From Elusimicrobiota bacterium (lineage in GTDB: Bacteria; CG03; SLGR01; JBDRKX01): a stretch of DNA of 45,389 nucleotides. Each line of letters opens with the position of its first letter. The first letter of the stretch is position 1. The notes beneath the pieces were generated by a model. That model did no database searches and was not told where the DNA came from. It worked only from the letters and a program-made list of their open reading frames with translations. The position numbers and the translations under genes were made by a program. This document shows positions 16,153-25,823 of this stretch, piece after piece. Location: the NCBI GenBank assembly GCA_043813605.1, contig JBDRKX010000114.1, positions 1 through 45,389 of the forward strand. Reading direction: 5' to 3'.

Positions 16153-17311
16153 TATTATGAAGCCTAAATCCATATCACATTCTAAGTCCCGGCCGTTTTT
16201 ACTCAGCCTCTTCTTTTTTATTGCAGTAGCGGTAATATTATCCCTTTATCCTGTAGCCTCGCTCTCAAAAAAACAATCGGATACCTCAATGATCGACCTT
16301 CGCGATATGAGGGAGCCTGCGAGGAATATATCAATGGAATCTGTAGAAGTGAACTCGGAACTGTACCTGCTTTTAAAAGATATCTGCCTGTTCTACAGGA
16401 TAGGATTCACTTATGATCCCGTTACCAAGGCCGTAACATTAAAGAAGGACAATAAAACGGTGATGCTCAGTCCGGATACAAAAGAATTAATGATCGATAA
16501 TAAAAAGGTCGTTATGGACAGGCCCCCCGTGATCGTAAACTGGAAGATGGTCGTTCCGCCCAAAGGTATGGCAAACATACTTGAAGAACTACTGAATTGC
16601 CCTGTCACATGGAGGTCATCTGCCAGGGTTTTCACTGTAAACGACAAAGACGGAGTCTCTTTCTGGGAAGACAATCCTGTAAGTGAAGAAAAGACGGATT
16701 TGCGGGATAATATACTTAAACCGGGTGACATACTCTCAATAAGCGTATGGCAGAAAGGTTCGTATGAACTCGACGAACTCACAAGAGAAAGAGAAATAGA
16801 AGAAGACGGTACGATAAAATTCCCTTTTACGGGTGATATAACAACATCGGGACTCAATCCTTCTCAGCTTGAAAGCAGGATCGCCGGCAAATTGAAAGCA
16901 TATATAAAAGACCCGGAAGTAACAGTAAGAATAAAGAATAAAACTACCTACAAAGTCCAGATATTCGGCGCTGTCAGGAATCCCGGAACATATGAGTTCT
17001 CGGAAAAAGCCACGCTCATGGAAGCCGTAAACAAGGCCGGCGGATTCGGAGACGAGGCGAAACTGACACAAGTAAGGGTAACCAGGTTCATCCACCACAG
17101 CCCTTACCAGACGGATGTGATAAACTGCAAACTGATACTCTATAAAGGACAGAGACAGTACGATGTTCCTGTGGACGACAAAGATATTATATTCGTGCCG
17201 AAAGGCGCGGGTTTCTGGAATTCGGTAGGAAACGGGCTTTCGAAGATAACACCTCTACTTTCGGCAACAGCCCTTATGATAGGCGTTATACTGTCTTCGC
17301 GGGCACTCTGA
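16145..17311 (+). CDS. Wza-like polysaccharide export protein, paralog 2
   Basis: Same architecture and long identical stretches with paralog 1 (e.g. KDICLFYRIGFTYDP, RPPVIVNWKMVVPPK). Exact start uncertain (GTG 16145 or ATG 16157). Confidence 0.85.
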   Translation: MNSIMKPKSISHSKSRPFLLSLFFFIAVAVILSLYPVASLSKKQSDTSMIDLRDMREPARNISMESVEVNSELYLLLKDICLFYRIGFTYDPVTKAVTLKKDNKTVMLSPDTKELMIDNKKVVMDRPPVIVNWKMVVPPKGMANILEELLNCPVTWRSSARVFTVNDKDGVSFWEDNPVSEEKTDLRDNILKPGDILSISVWQKGSYELDELTREREIEEDGTIKFPFTGDITTSGLNPSQLESRIAGKLKAYIKDPEVTVRIKNKTTYKVQIFGAVRNPGTYEFSEKATLMEAVNKAGGFGDEAKLTQVRVTRFIHHSPYQTDVINCKLILYKGQRQYDVPVDDKDIIFVPKGAGFWNSVGNGLSKITPLLSATALMIGVILSSRAL

Positions 17312-17362
17312 TGCCTGTTATCCAGTCAAAAAAACCTGTACGAATCTTTATAACATCTAATC

Positions 17363-19165
17363 ATGGTTCATATTAACGAAGGCCTGACTTTAGCTGATTT
17401 CGGGAATATTATCAAAAAAAGGAAGATTACCGCCCTTCTTCTGTTTATCTCCACTATAGTGTCCGTTTATTTCTTCACCAGGAACATAACTCCTGAATAC
17501 CGTTCTTCTGCATCTGTGGAACTTAAAGCGCAGACCTCTCATCTCACATCACTGGGCGGGTTCCCTGCAATGATGAACATAATAAACAGGGACACCGAGA
17601 TGAGAAAAATCGGGAGTTATCCGATAATCTCCCAGGCTGCTGTTCAGCTTGGATTAATATCTGAAGACAGTACCGAAGCCGATAAGGACAGTATTGTTTC
17701 AAATCTCCAAGGAAAGATATCTGTAAAAGAAGTTGAAAATACGACTTTGATAATGATATTCGCTTCCGATTCATTACCCGAGAAAGCCATAGAAATAGCA
17801 AATACCGTAGCTGATGTCTATATAAGACACACTATCTCTGAAAGGAACGACCGGGCCCGCAAGACAAGAGAATTTATCGAAGGCCAATTGACTTCTGTCG
17901 GGAAAGAACTCCGTGATGTAGAAGAAAAAGCCCGCAGATACAAGCTGACAGGCAAAATAACCGATAATATAAGCGATATAGGCTCTACCCTTAACAGCCT
18001 TACACTGCAGCGCTCAAGATTACTGATAAAATACGGAGAAAAACACCCTGATGTCGTGGGTCTGGATAAACAGATCTCAAATCTAAAATACAAAATGGGC
18101 AGCCTGACAGGAGAAGAACTGGAGTATCTCTATCTCATGAGGGAAGTGACTATCAATGAAGAGCTGTATATGATGCTCAATAAAAAACTGAAAGAGGCGC
18201 TGATAGCAGAAGCTGATAAACTTATTCCTGTAGCCGTTGTAGATCCGGCAAGAAGAGCATCTCTCGTCAAACCTAACAAAAAACTCAATATGATCGTCGG
18301 TATAATCGGCGGATTACTGCTTTCACTTATAGGAGTGCTTATCAGGGAAAATCTCGATACATCACTTAACACTGCTCATGACATAGAGGATTTCCTCAGT
18401 GTGCCCGCATTAACCGAAATACCTTTTATTAAGGTGATTCAATCGGATGAAAGACTGCCGCTTCTATTGTTTCAAAACAAGAATTCGGCATTTCTCGAAG
18501 CTTTCAACAACCTGGCAGCTTCTATTATATCTTTTTCTCATAAACGGGATATAAAAACGATATTGTTTACGAGCATGATGCCCAGAGAAGGAAAGAGCGA
18601 GATAGTAGCTAATTTAGGGATTATAAAGAGCCAATCGGGCAGCAGGACATTGCTGATAGATGCGGATTTTCGTCAGCCGACGCTCAGCAAACTTTTCCGG
18701 GTTTCAAGAAAACCCGGGGTTATAGACATAATAACCGATAAACTGGACTGGAAACACTGGATACATCCGGCTAATTCAAACGACAAAATAAAAGAGATCC
18801 TCTTAAATAACAATCTTTTTAATCTGGAAAACCTGTCTATTCTGACTGCCGGGCACCTGCCGCCGCATCCGATGAGATTCCTTAATTCAGATGAGTTCAG
18901 AAACCTCATACTTAGCGCCAGGGAAGAATTTGATACCGTGCTTCTGGATTCTCCGCCTCTTTATTATTTTTCTGATCCCGCTATCATGTCAGACCTGGTA
19001 GATGCTATTATAATGGTACATAAACCTGGTTCGGTTGACAGGAACGATCTTTTAAGGGCGACAAAACAACTCGGCGGTACTGAATCAAAACTTCTAGGGA
19101 TCACATTAAATGAGGTGAGCGGGAAAGTCCGGGGAAAATATTATTACCGCTATTACTCTAAATAA
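17363..19165 (+). CDS. wzc: Wzc-type polysaccharide co-polymerase / BY tyrosine kinase
   Basis: Wzz N-terminus, YGEKHPDV, Walker A TSMMPREGKS, LIDADFRQP, LLDSPP, C-terminal Tyr cluster YYYRYY. Confidence 0.92.
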   Translation: MVHINEGLTLADFGNIIKKRKITALLLFISTIVSVYFFTRNITPEYRSSASVELKAQTSHLTSLGGFPAMMNIINRDTEMRKIGSYPIISQAAVQLGLISEDSTEADKDSIVSNLQGKISVKEVENTTLIMIFASDSLPEKAIEIANTVADVYIRHTISERNDRARKTREFIEGQLTSVGKELRDVEEKARRYKLTGKITDNISDIGSTLNSLTLQRSRLLIKYGEKHPDVVGLDKQISNLKYKMGSLTGEELEYLYLMREVTINEELYMMLNKKLKEALIAEADKLIPVAVVDPARRASLVKPNKKLNMIVGIIGGLLLSLIGVLIRENLDTSLNTAHDIEDFLSVPALTEIPFIKVIQSDERLPLLLFQNKNSAFLEAFNNLAASIISFSHKRDIKTILFTSMMPREGKSEIVANLGIIKSQSGSRTLLIDADFRQPTLSKLFRVSRKPGVIDIITDKLDWKHWIHPANSNDKIKEILLNNNLFNLENLSILTAGHLPPHPMRFLNSDEFRNLILSAREEFDTVLLDSPPLYYFSDPAIMSDLVDAIIMVHKPGSVDRNDLLRATKQLGGTESKLLGITLNEVSGKVRGKYYYRYYSK

Positions 19166-19188
19166 ACCGGCGCTCTCTCCGGCGAAAT

Positions 19189-19596
19189 CTATTTTTTATC
19201 TCCGCGTTTAATACAGGAGGCAATTCTGGCCAAAAGGACGTCGGTATCAAAAGGTTTTAAAACATAGTCATCAGCTCCCGCTTCAAATGATTCGACCTCA
19301 TGTTCGTTTGCCGTCATCTTGCCCGTTAGTACAAGAATGGGAATACGCGAAGTAATAGCATCAGCTTTCAACCTTCTTGAGACCTCCCAGCCGTCAATAT
19401 CAGGCAGGGCCACATCGAGTATAACAAGATCGGGCAACAGCGTACAGGCGGATTCTATCGCACTTTCTCCTGTTTGCTCTGTAATCACTTCATATCCTTT
19501 ATTCAGCAAAAGGCTCTCAAGCATTACGATCATTGTCGGGTTATCATCAACTACAAGTATTTTTTTAGGCATATAATTCCCTTTTTTCCAATACAA
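19189..19596 (-). CDS. Stand-alone receiver domain protein (start may be 19572)
   Basis: ILVVDDN, ILDVALP, GADDYVLKPF. Confidence 0.9.
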   Translation of the reverse strand: MYWKKGNYMPKKILVVDDNPTMIVMLESLLLNKGYEVITEQTGESAIESACTLLPDLVILDVALPDIDGWEVSRRLKADAITSRIPILVLTGKMTANEHEVESFEAGADDYVLKPFDTDVLLARIASCIKRGDKK

Positions 19597-19616
19597 TCGA
19601 CATACTACAGTATTTA

Positions 19617-20207
19617 TTACCCATTATTTCTATCATATTTTTCTTTATTAAGCAATATCCCGGCAGAGAACTCTACGGTTGAAGCAAGAGAACAGGCACC
19701 GGCCAGATCATCTGCCGCAGTGAAAAGCCCGTGGCCTTTGATTATCACAGCAGGATATTTCTCGAGCAGAGGCGGAATTTCCCTTGCTACGTCCAGTGAA
19801 GCTATCCCACCGTTAACCGCTACTACGGGTACTTCCGGAATATAGAATTTTCCTTCAGAATCCGCAAGGGTTATACTGTTCTTGTTAAACGATACCGCAA
19901 TGGCAGTAGGAGCATGCACATGCACGATCGCCTTATGCTGAGTCTTTTCATATATACTTTTATGCACGACCGACTCTATTGACGGCTTTTTCAGGTTTCC
20001 GCTCGGAACAAACCCGTGATCTTTAATGGGCATAACTACTATATCCTCTAATCTCAGGTCACCGAGCATGCTCCCCGACGCAGTAATATATATATCATCG
20101 CCTTTCCTGACACTGATATTTCCTGCTGTAAGGGAAACCATACCCTGCTGAAACAGGAGTTTTCCCAACCTGGAAAATTCTTTATATATGTTCCACTTAC
20201 TGTCCAT
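19617..20207 (-). CDS. Class II aldolase/adducin family protein
   Basis: GNISVR, ITASG, KPSIESVVH, VHVH, GHG. Confidence 0.9.
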   Translation of the reverse strand: MDSKWNIYKEFSRLGKLLFQQGMVSLTAGNISVRKGDDIYITASGSMLGDLRLEDIVVMPIKDHGFVPSGNLKKPSIESVVHKSIYEKTQHKAIVHVHAPTAIAVSFNKNSITLADSEGKFYIPEVPVVAVNGGIASLDVAREIPPLLEKYPAVIIKGHGLFTAADDLAGACSLASTVEFSAGILLNKEKYDRNNG

Positions 20208-21273
20208 TAAATACCTGCGCCAGTTTTACCAGCGTATCTTTTTTTCCGTAACCACCCGGTTTAAGTACCAGATACCTGTTATTATTTTCAGTAACAGCAA
20301 TACCCGGTAAAACCGATCTTACTACCTTTAACTCTTTTATTCCGGCTTCATCCATAACAGAATCGGCCGTATCGCCTCCGTTAAGTATAATATTTTTCCA
20401 CCTTTTTGTCTTCCACAACCCGGCTGCCCGTCGGCAGACCCTTTCAAGAGCTCTCTCATTTTTCAGAGAACCGGTTGTTATGAGCGCATCCTGTCCTGTA
20501 TCGCAATCTTCTTCTTTTCCGGGTTCCAGGACAGTATAACCGCTCTCCTTCCAGTATGCAGTCTGTTCCAGCGAAACAGGATTCAAGCTTCCTGTTACTG
20601 CCAGTACCGGCCCGAAAGAGTTATTGACAAACGGCGGCAGCAGTTCCTTTTTAAACCAGCAGCCGGCAAGTTTCCCGGCCAGCGCGGCCGCGCCTGCATA
20701 AAAATCCGTTCCCTGTCTTTCGGCTATATTTTCAATATCCGAATCCGTTTCTGCGTCAAAGACCTTTACTTTACCGGGTTCTCTCATCTCACCCGCAAGA
20801 AGTTTTTCGATATTGGACTCGCTTACCGGCATTTTAATATCCCTGCCGTAGGAAGACTCGCTCACTTCTATCCCGTTTACATAATGAACAGCGTCTTTTG
20901 TAACTCTTCCCATCTCAGGGAAAGCGGCGCAGAGGAATATGGTTTCGGTTCCGCTGCCCTCAAGCGCCGCATCCAGTTCAACACCTATATTACCGCGTAG
21001 CGTTGAATCTATTTTCTTGTAGAAATAATCCGCGCCCCATTTTTTCAAAGAATCAAGCGCCTTTTTCACCCTTGAAGCGGCTGTTTTACCGTCAATAGCA
21101 CGACTATCGGTGTTTATCACCCAGACATGGGCGTTATCCGGAGAATTTTCTATTCCCGCAATGTCAGTACTGAGAACGACATCGAGTCCCCTGTCAGCAA
21201 ACTGTATGCCTACATCCCCGCCGCCGGTAAGATCGTCTGCTATTACCCCCACCTTAGGCAGAAGCCTGTTCAT
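20197..21273 (-). CDS. Four-carbon acid sugar kinase (DUF1537 family)
   Basis: IADDLTG, NTDSR, YKKIDSTLRGNIG, FPEMGR, GGDTA, KPGGYG. Confidence 0.9.
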   Translation of the reverse strand: MNRLLPKVGVIADDLTGGGDVGIQFADRGLDVVLSTDIAGIENSPDNAHVWVINTDSRAIDGKTAASRVKKALDSLKKWGADYFYKKIDSTLRGNIGVELDAALEGSGTETIFLCAAFPEMGRVTKDAVHYVNGIEVSESSYGRDIKMPVSESNIEKLLAGEMREPGKVKVFDAETDSDIENIAERQGTDFYAGAAALAGKLAGCWFKKELLPPFVNNSFGPVLAVTGSLNPVSLEQTAYWKESGYTVLEPGKEEDCDTGQDALITTGSLKNERALERVCRRAAGLWKTKRWKNIILNGGDTADSVMDEAGIKELKVVRSVLPGIAVTENNNRYLVLKPGGYGKKDTLVKLAQVFNGQ

Positions 21274-22788
21274 TGTTTTTTTGGAAAGAGAGGATCTCCC
21301 TTATTAATACCGTCGAAACTCAGTTCTATATCCGGATTCAAAAGATCAGCTTCGCTTAAATGTGTTAACCCCAGCTGTTCTTTCATTTTTTTTTGAAGTT
21401 GCCGGCATAAACGGATATATAGCTCCTGATATTATTTTCAAACCATAAAATAAAACAGATAGCACCTCTTGCAACCTATTCATATTTTCCTTTGCAAGAG
21501 CCCATGGTTTTTCAGATTCAATATATGCATTTGCCTGTCTTATCCTATCCCATATTGCGTTTAGAATACCGTAGAAATTCAAGCTATTATATCCCTCTTC
21601 AATTATTCCTCTATCATCAAGTAATGTCTCAAACGATACTTTTATTATCTCATTGGGGGTTTCAATAAAATTACAGTCATATTTCTGTATCATGCTCAAC
21701 ACCCTGCTCAAAAGGTTACCCAGTTCGTTTGCCAGTTCGGTCTCATAAGTTTTCCCGAAACCTTCATAAGAAAAACTGGCGTCCTTTCCGAATACCGATT
21801 TTCTGAAAAGATAAAACCTGAACGCGTCCGCGCCGAACTCGTTGACCAGTTCCAGCGGATCTACCACATTGCCGAGCGATTTACTCATCTTTTCATCTTC
21901 CATCATCCACCACCCGTGAGCGAATATCGTTTCAGGAAGATCATAACCGAGAGCCATGAGCATCGTGGACCAGTAAACAGAATGTGTTGTAAGTATATCT
22001 TTTCCTATAAGATGCAATTTAGCCGGCCACCACGGGATATTATTATCGGGTGAAAGATATGTAGTAGCGGAATAGTAGTTTATCAACGCGTCAAACCATA
22101 CATAAGTGACATAATCCTTGTCAAAAGGTATCTCTATGCCCCACGAGAGCCTGCTCTTGGGCCTTGATATACAGAGATCCTCAAGCTTATTATTATTCAG
22201 AAACCCGAGCACCTCGTTTCTGCGCGTATCGGGCTGTATATAATCAGGATATTTTTCTATATGTTCTATCAGTTTGTTCTGGTACTCTGACATGAGAAAA
22301 AAATAATTTTCTTCTTCAATATGTTCCACCGGCCGGCCGCAGTCGGGACAGTTCCCGTCTACGAGATCCTTATCCGTCCAGAACCTCTCTTCAGGAACAC
22401 AGTACCAGCCGGAATATTTACGGGGAACTATTTTTTTATCATCATAGAGCTTCTGAAGTATCTCCTTAACAATTTTTTCATGACCGGGGTCGGTTGTCCT
22501 TATAAATTTATGGTCTTCCGATATATTAAGCTTTTTCCATAATCCCCTGAAATTGTCCACCATCCTGTCTGCATGGTCTTTAGGCGACATACCGTTCTTT
22601 TTAGCGGCTTCTTCCACTTTCTGCCCGTGTTCATCAGTACCGGTAAGGAAAAACACCTTTTCACCTTTCAACCGGTAATACCTGGCCAGTATATCAGCCG
22701 CTATAGTGGTATATGCGTGCCCTATATGAGGTTTTGCATTTACATAGTAGAGAGGAGTAGTAATAAGTCTGAATTTCAAATCGGTCAT
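21270..22788 (-). CDS. metG: Methionyl-tRNA synthetase (short form); extra A in an A9 run frameshifts the last 38 codons, so the as-read ORF stops at 21346
   Basis: TTPLYYVN, HIGH, GTDEHG, YVWFDAL, GKDI, KMSKS. Removing one A at 21386-21394 restores ...MKEQLGL...KGDPLFPKKQ* with an ATGA overlap onto the next gene. Confidence 0.93.
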
Positions 22789-23609
22789 TTAATCAGTTTC
22801 TTCAGTCTTTCCTTTACATTGATCTTTGCCGAAGTGATCTCTGACGATTTATAATCGTTTATCACGCCTGTCTCCAGCTTAACCTTCACTATCCTTGTAA
22901 CATAATTCACTTCTGTTACCTCGCCTTTTCCGGAGGGAGTATTTACTTTGTAACCTACTTTTGGAAGCTCTTTTTTTGCTTCCCGGTAAAGATCGTCCTC
23001 ATAACGCAGACAACAGAGCAGTCTTCCGCAGCAACCCGATATATTCTCCGGATTGAGCGATATCCGCTGGTTTCTCGCCATATCGATATTGACTGATTCT
23101 ATGTTCCTGAGGAACCGGCTGCAGCATATCTCTCTGCCGCAGATGCCTATACCGCCGACTATAGACGCCTTGTCCCGTACCCCTATCTGCACCATCTGGA
23201 TCCTTACCTTGAGTTTTGCACCCAGTATCCTGATGAATTTTCTGAAATCCACCCGGCTGTCGGCTGTATAGTATATATATAATTTCTGCCTGTCATATGT
23301 ATACGCTATTTTTGTGAGGTTCATGGCAAGTTTTTCTTCCTTGACAGCTTTCACTACATCCGGAAGCATTTTCTTGGTATATTCACTATTCTCTTCAAGA
23401 ACCCTTTTATCGTCATCATTGAGATGCCGGATTATTTCCATATCGGTCTTTTTCTCGTCACCGGTCTCGCTTGTTTCTATGACAACTGCCGCTTCAAGGC
23501 CGTTACCGGTAGAAACAAGAACACGGTCGCCTATTTTCACTTCAGTCCTGACTATCCTGGCCCTGTGTTCTTCTCTTAAATCTCTTAATTCTATTAATAC
23601 CGTATTCAT
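22785..23609 (-). CDS. yaaT: PSP1-domain protein (YaaT/RicT)
   Basis: RVDFR, QIGVRD, GGIGICGREICC, SGCCGRLLCCLRYE; sits between holB and metG. Confidence 0.92.
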   Translation of the reverse strand: MNTVLIELRDLREEHRARIVRTEVKIGDRVLVSTGNGLEAAVVIETSETGDEKKTDMEIIRHLNDDDKRVLEENSEYTKKMLPDVVKAVKEEKLAMNLTKIAYTYDRQKLYIYYTADSRVDFRKFIRILGAKLKVRIQMVQIGVRDKASIVGGIGICGREICCSRFLRNIESVNIDMARNQRISLNPENISGCCGRLLCCLRYEDDLYREAKKELPKVGYKVNTPSGKGEVTEVNYVTRIVKVKLETGVINDYKSSEITSAKINVKERLKKLIK

Positions 23610-24607
23610 CGGGTTCCTGGAAATTTCATTGCTCCCAGCTTTATAAACATATTTGACACCGCAAGTTCCGCATTTGCATTTTCTTTGATACTTTTTACTG
23701 TATTTTCAATTATAGCAATCTTTTCACATCCTTCAACAGTAGGATCATCCCTGAAACGGTTTCCTTCCAATTGAATCAGTATATTGAGCTTTTCTATACA
23801 TTCGTTATTATCCGTAAACCATTTTTTCACATTCTCAAAGAAATCTTCCGGCAGAGCTTCCGGGAAAAAGACATCATGTATATTCAGGTAACTGAGCATC
23901 CTTCCGGGTATACCGGACGAAATACGCAGGAGTTCAGCTGTTTTTTCAGCATCAAGTCCGCTTTCAGCAGGTATCCTCCCGGCTGCAAATAACTCCATAT
24001 CTTCCGGAGAAAGAGAACCGAACACTATCCTGGAACATCTTGATAATACTGTGGGCAGCAGAGATTCCTCTTTAGAAGTAACAAGCATAAAATAAGTGTC
24101 TTCAGGAGGTTCTTCCAGTATTTTAAGAAGCGAATTAAGCGCTTCTTTACTGGAATTTGCCACATCGTCTATTATAAAGATCTTTTTTTTCGCGCCGTAA
24201 GCTTTCAGCGATGAATACCTTATTATATCCCTTATCTGATTGATACTTATCTTCTTTGTCTCCTTCTTTGAACCATCTTCTTTTACCGGGATGATATTAC
24301 TGATCAGAACCGTATCCTGATTTCTGAATTCCACTTCCATGACCGGTTCGTCTTTAGAAGAACCAATAAACCTTATGAGCGGATGGGACCCTGCTTTCAG
24401 CTTTATGCAGGACATGCAGTTTCCGCAGGCGCCTTCCGGCCGGGGATCTTCACAATTAGAGAATGCTGCAAGAGCTACGGCTGTCATCCGTTTACCCACA
24501 CCCTCCGGACCACAAAAAAGCATCGCATGCGGCAGCCGGCCGTCATTTATCAGTTTTTTAATCTGTTCTATATTCCGGCGGTGGCCGATTATACCTTTAA
24601 AATTCAC
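23606..24607 (-). CDS. holB: DNA polymerase III delta' subunit
   Basis: HAMLFCGPEGVGK, zinc motif CGNCMSC, NSLLKILEEPP, LLPTVLSRC. Confidence 0.92.
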   Translation of the reverse strand: MNFKGIIGHRRNIEQIKKLINDGRLPHAMLFCGPEGVGKRMTAVALAAFSNCEDPRPEGACGNCMSCIKLKAGSHPLIRFIGSSKDEPVMEVEFRNQDTVLISNIIPVKEDGSKKETKKISINQIRDIIRYSSLKAYGAKKKIFIIDDVANSSKEALNSLLKILEEPPEDTYFMLVTSKEESLLPTVLSRCSRIVFGSLSPEDMELFAAGRIPAESGLDAEKTAELLRISSGIPGRMLSYLNIHDVFFPEALPEDFFENVKKWFTDNNECIEKLNILIQLEGNRFRDDPTVEGCEKIAIIENTVKSIKENANAELAVSNMFIKLGAMKFPGTR

Positions 24608-25233
24608 AGAATACCTTTTTCTTCAAGGAGGTTTATTATCTTCTCGTGGACACTCTCAGGCGTACCTATGGATTCGATTACTTCTATATCACCGTTTAAC
24701 CTGGCCAATTCCAGATAACCGGCGCGTACTTTCCTGTGAAATGAGATGTTTTCCGATTCCAGCCTGTCAAATGACCTGTTAGATTTTTTAACCCTGTTCA
24801 GTCCCTCGTCAGCAGGGACATCCAGTATTACTGTTATATCCGGCTGTATGCCCCCTGTCGCTACATTGTTAAGTTCTTCTATCAGTTTCATATCCAGTCC
24901 CCTGCCATACCCCTGGTAAGCTACAGTGGCATGTGTGAACCTCTCGCATATGACATATTTGCCCTGCCTGAGAGCCGGCAGGATAAGCTCTTCCGTGTGC
25001 TGGGCCCTGCCTGCGGCATACAGGAGGAGTTCCGTCTTTGAACAGATAATATTATCCGGGTTCAGGAGCATCTCCCTCAGCTGTTCAGCTATGCTCACAC
25101 CGCCGGGTTCGCGGGTTTTTACAACCTCATCTCCCCGGCCGGATAAGTATTCCGCGAGCATTAAAGCCTGTGTGGATTTCCCGGAACCTTCCGGGCCTTC
25201 CAGTGTTATGAATTTGCCTTGCAATTCAGCCAT
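24604..25233 (-). CDS. tmk: Thymidylate kinase
   Basis: FITLEGPEGSGKST, TREPGG, AYQGYGRG, DRLESE. Confidence 0.96.
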   Translation of the reverse strand: MAELQGKFITLEGPEGSGKSTQALMLAEYLSGRGDEVVKTREPGGVSIAEQLREMLLNPDNIICSKTELLLYAAGRAQHTEELILPALRQGKYVICERFTHATVAYQGYGRGLDMKLIEELNNVATGGIQPDITVILDVPADEGLNRVKKSNRSFDRLESENISFHRKVRAGYLELARLNGDIEVIESIGTPESVHEKIINLLEEKGIL

Positions 25234-25241
25234 ATTACGAC

Positions 25242-25736
25242 TTATCTGCCGCTTCTAATCATTACCCTTTTATCAAGATTAACACTCTTATCTCCCTGGA
25301 TCACCGTTAATGAAGTCCCCACACATGCATAACTGGAAGCAGAACCCGAATCATGCCATACATAGAAAAAATCGACGCCATCTGATATTATAGTAGTAGT
25401 AGAGTCCTTCATAAGCCGCTTAAGGGTGGAACCATCCTGAAAATAATGTACAGTTAAATCTGTATGCCAATCGGTCGTTGTTTTCGCTATTTCAAACTTG
25501 ATGGAATCGTCGGAAGCCCCTATTGTTATCGTCGCAGAGGAAGCCTGGCGTATATATTTTACCATCTCATTCGAAGCAGTTCTGGCATCTCCGCCTGCAG
25601 CGACAGAATTTGTTGTATCCAGCCAAACATCATACGTATTGCGGAAGAATTTAAAAACCCCTGCCATAAATAATGCTGCAATTGCAATAACTATAGTTAT
25701 TTCAATAAAAGTCATTCCTCTGTTTTTATTATTCAT
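25242..25736 (-). CDS. Type IV minor pilin / pseudopilin (PilW-like)
   Basis: Class III signal RG|MTFIE followed by a hydrophobic helix; DARTASNEMVKYIRQA. Confidence 0.8.
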   Translation of the reverse strand: MNNKNRGMTFIEITIVIAIAALFMAGVFKFFRNTYDVWLDTTNSVAAGGDARTASNEMVKYIRQASSATITIGASDDSIKFEIAKTTTDWHTDLTVHYFQDGSTLKRLMKDSTTTIISDGVDFFYVWHDSGSASSYACVGTSLTVIQGDKSVNLDKRVMIRSGR

Positions 25737-25823
25737 TATAATTCATATCAGACACAAGTATATCTACAATGAAAATATACTAAAATTCAATAATTTTACA
25801 AATTATTTTTTGCGAAGTGTTTT

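Noticed and set aside
15200..17200. Long similarity between 15.2-16.0 kb and 16.4-17.2 kb as an assembly duplication
   Set aside because: Many synonymous differences and different termini show a real, older paralog pair.
19166..19188. Terminator between convergent wzc and the receiver gene
   Set aside because: Only a 4-bp ccgg stem; too weak to call.
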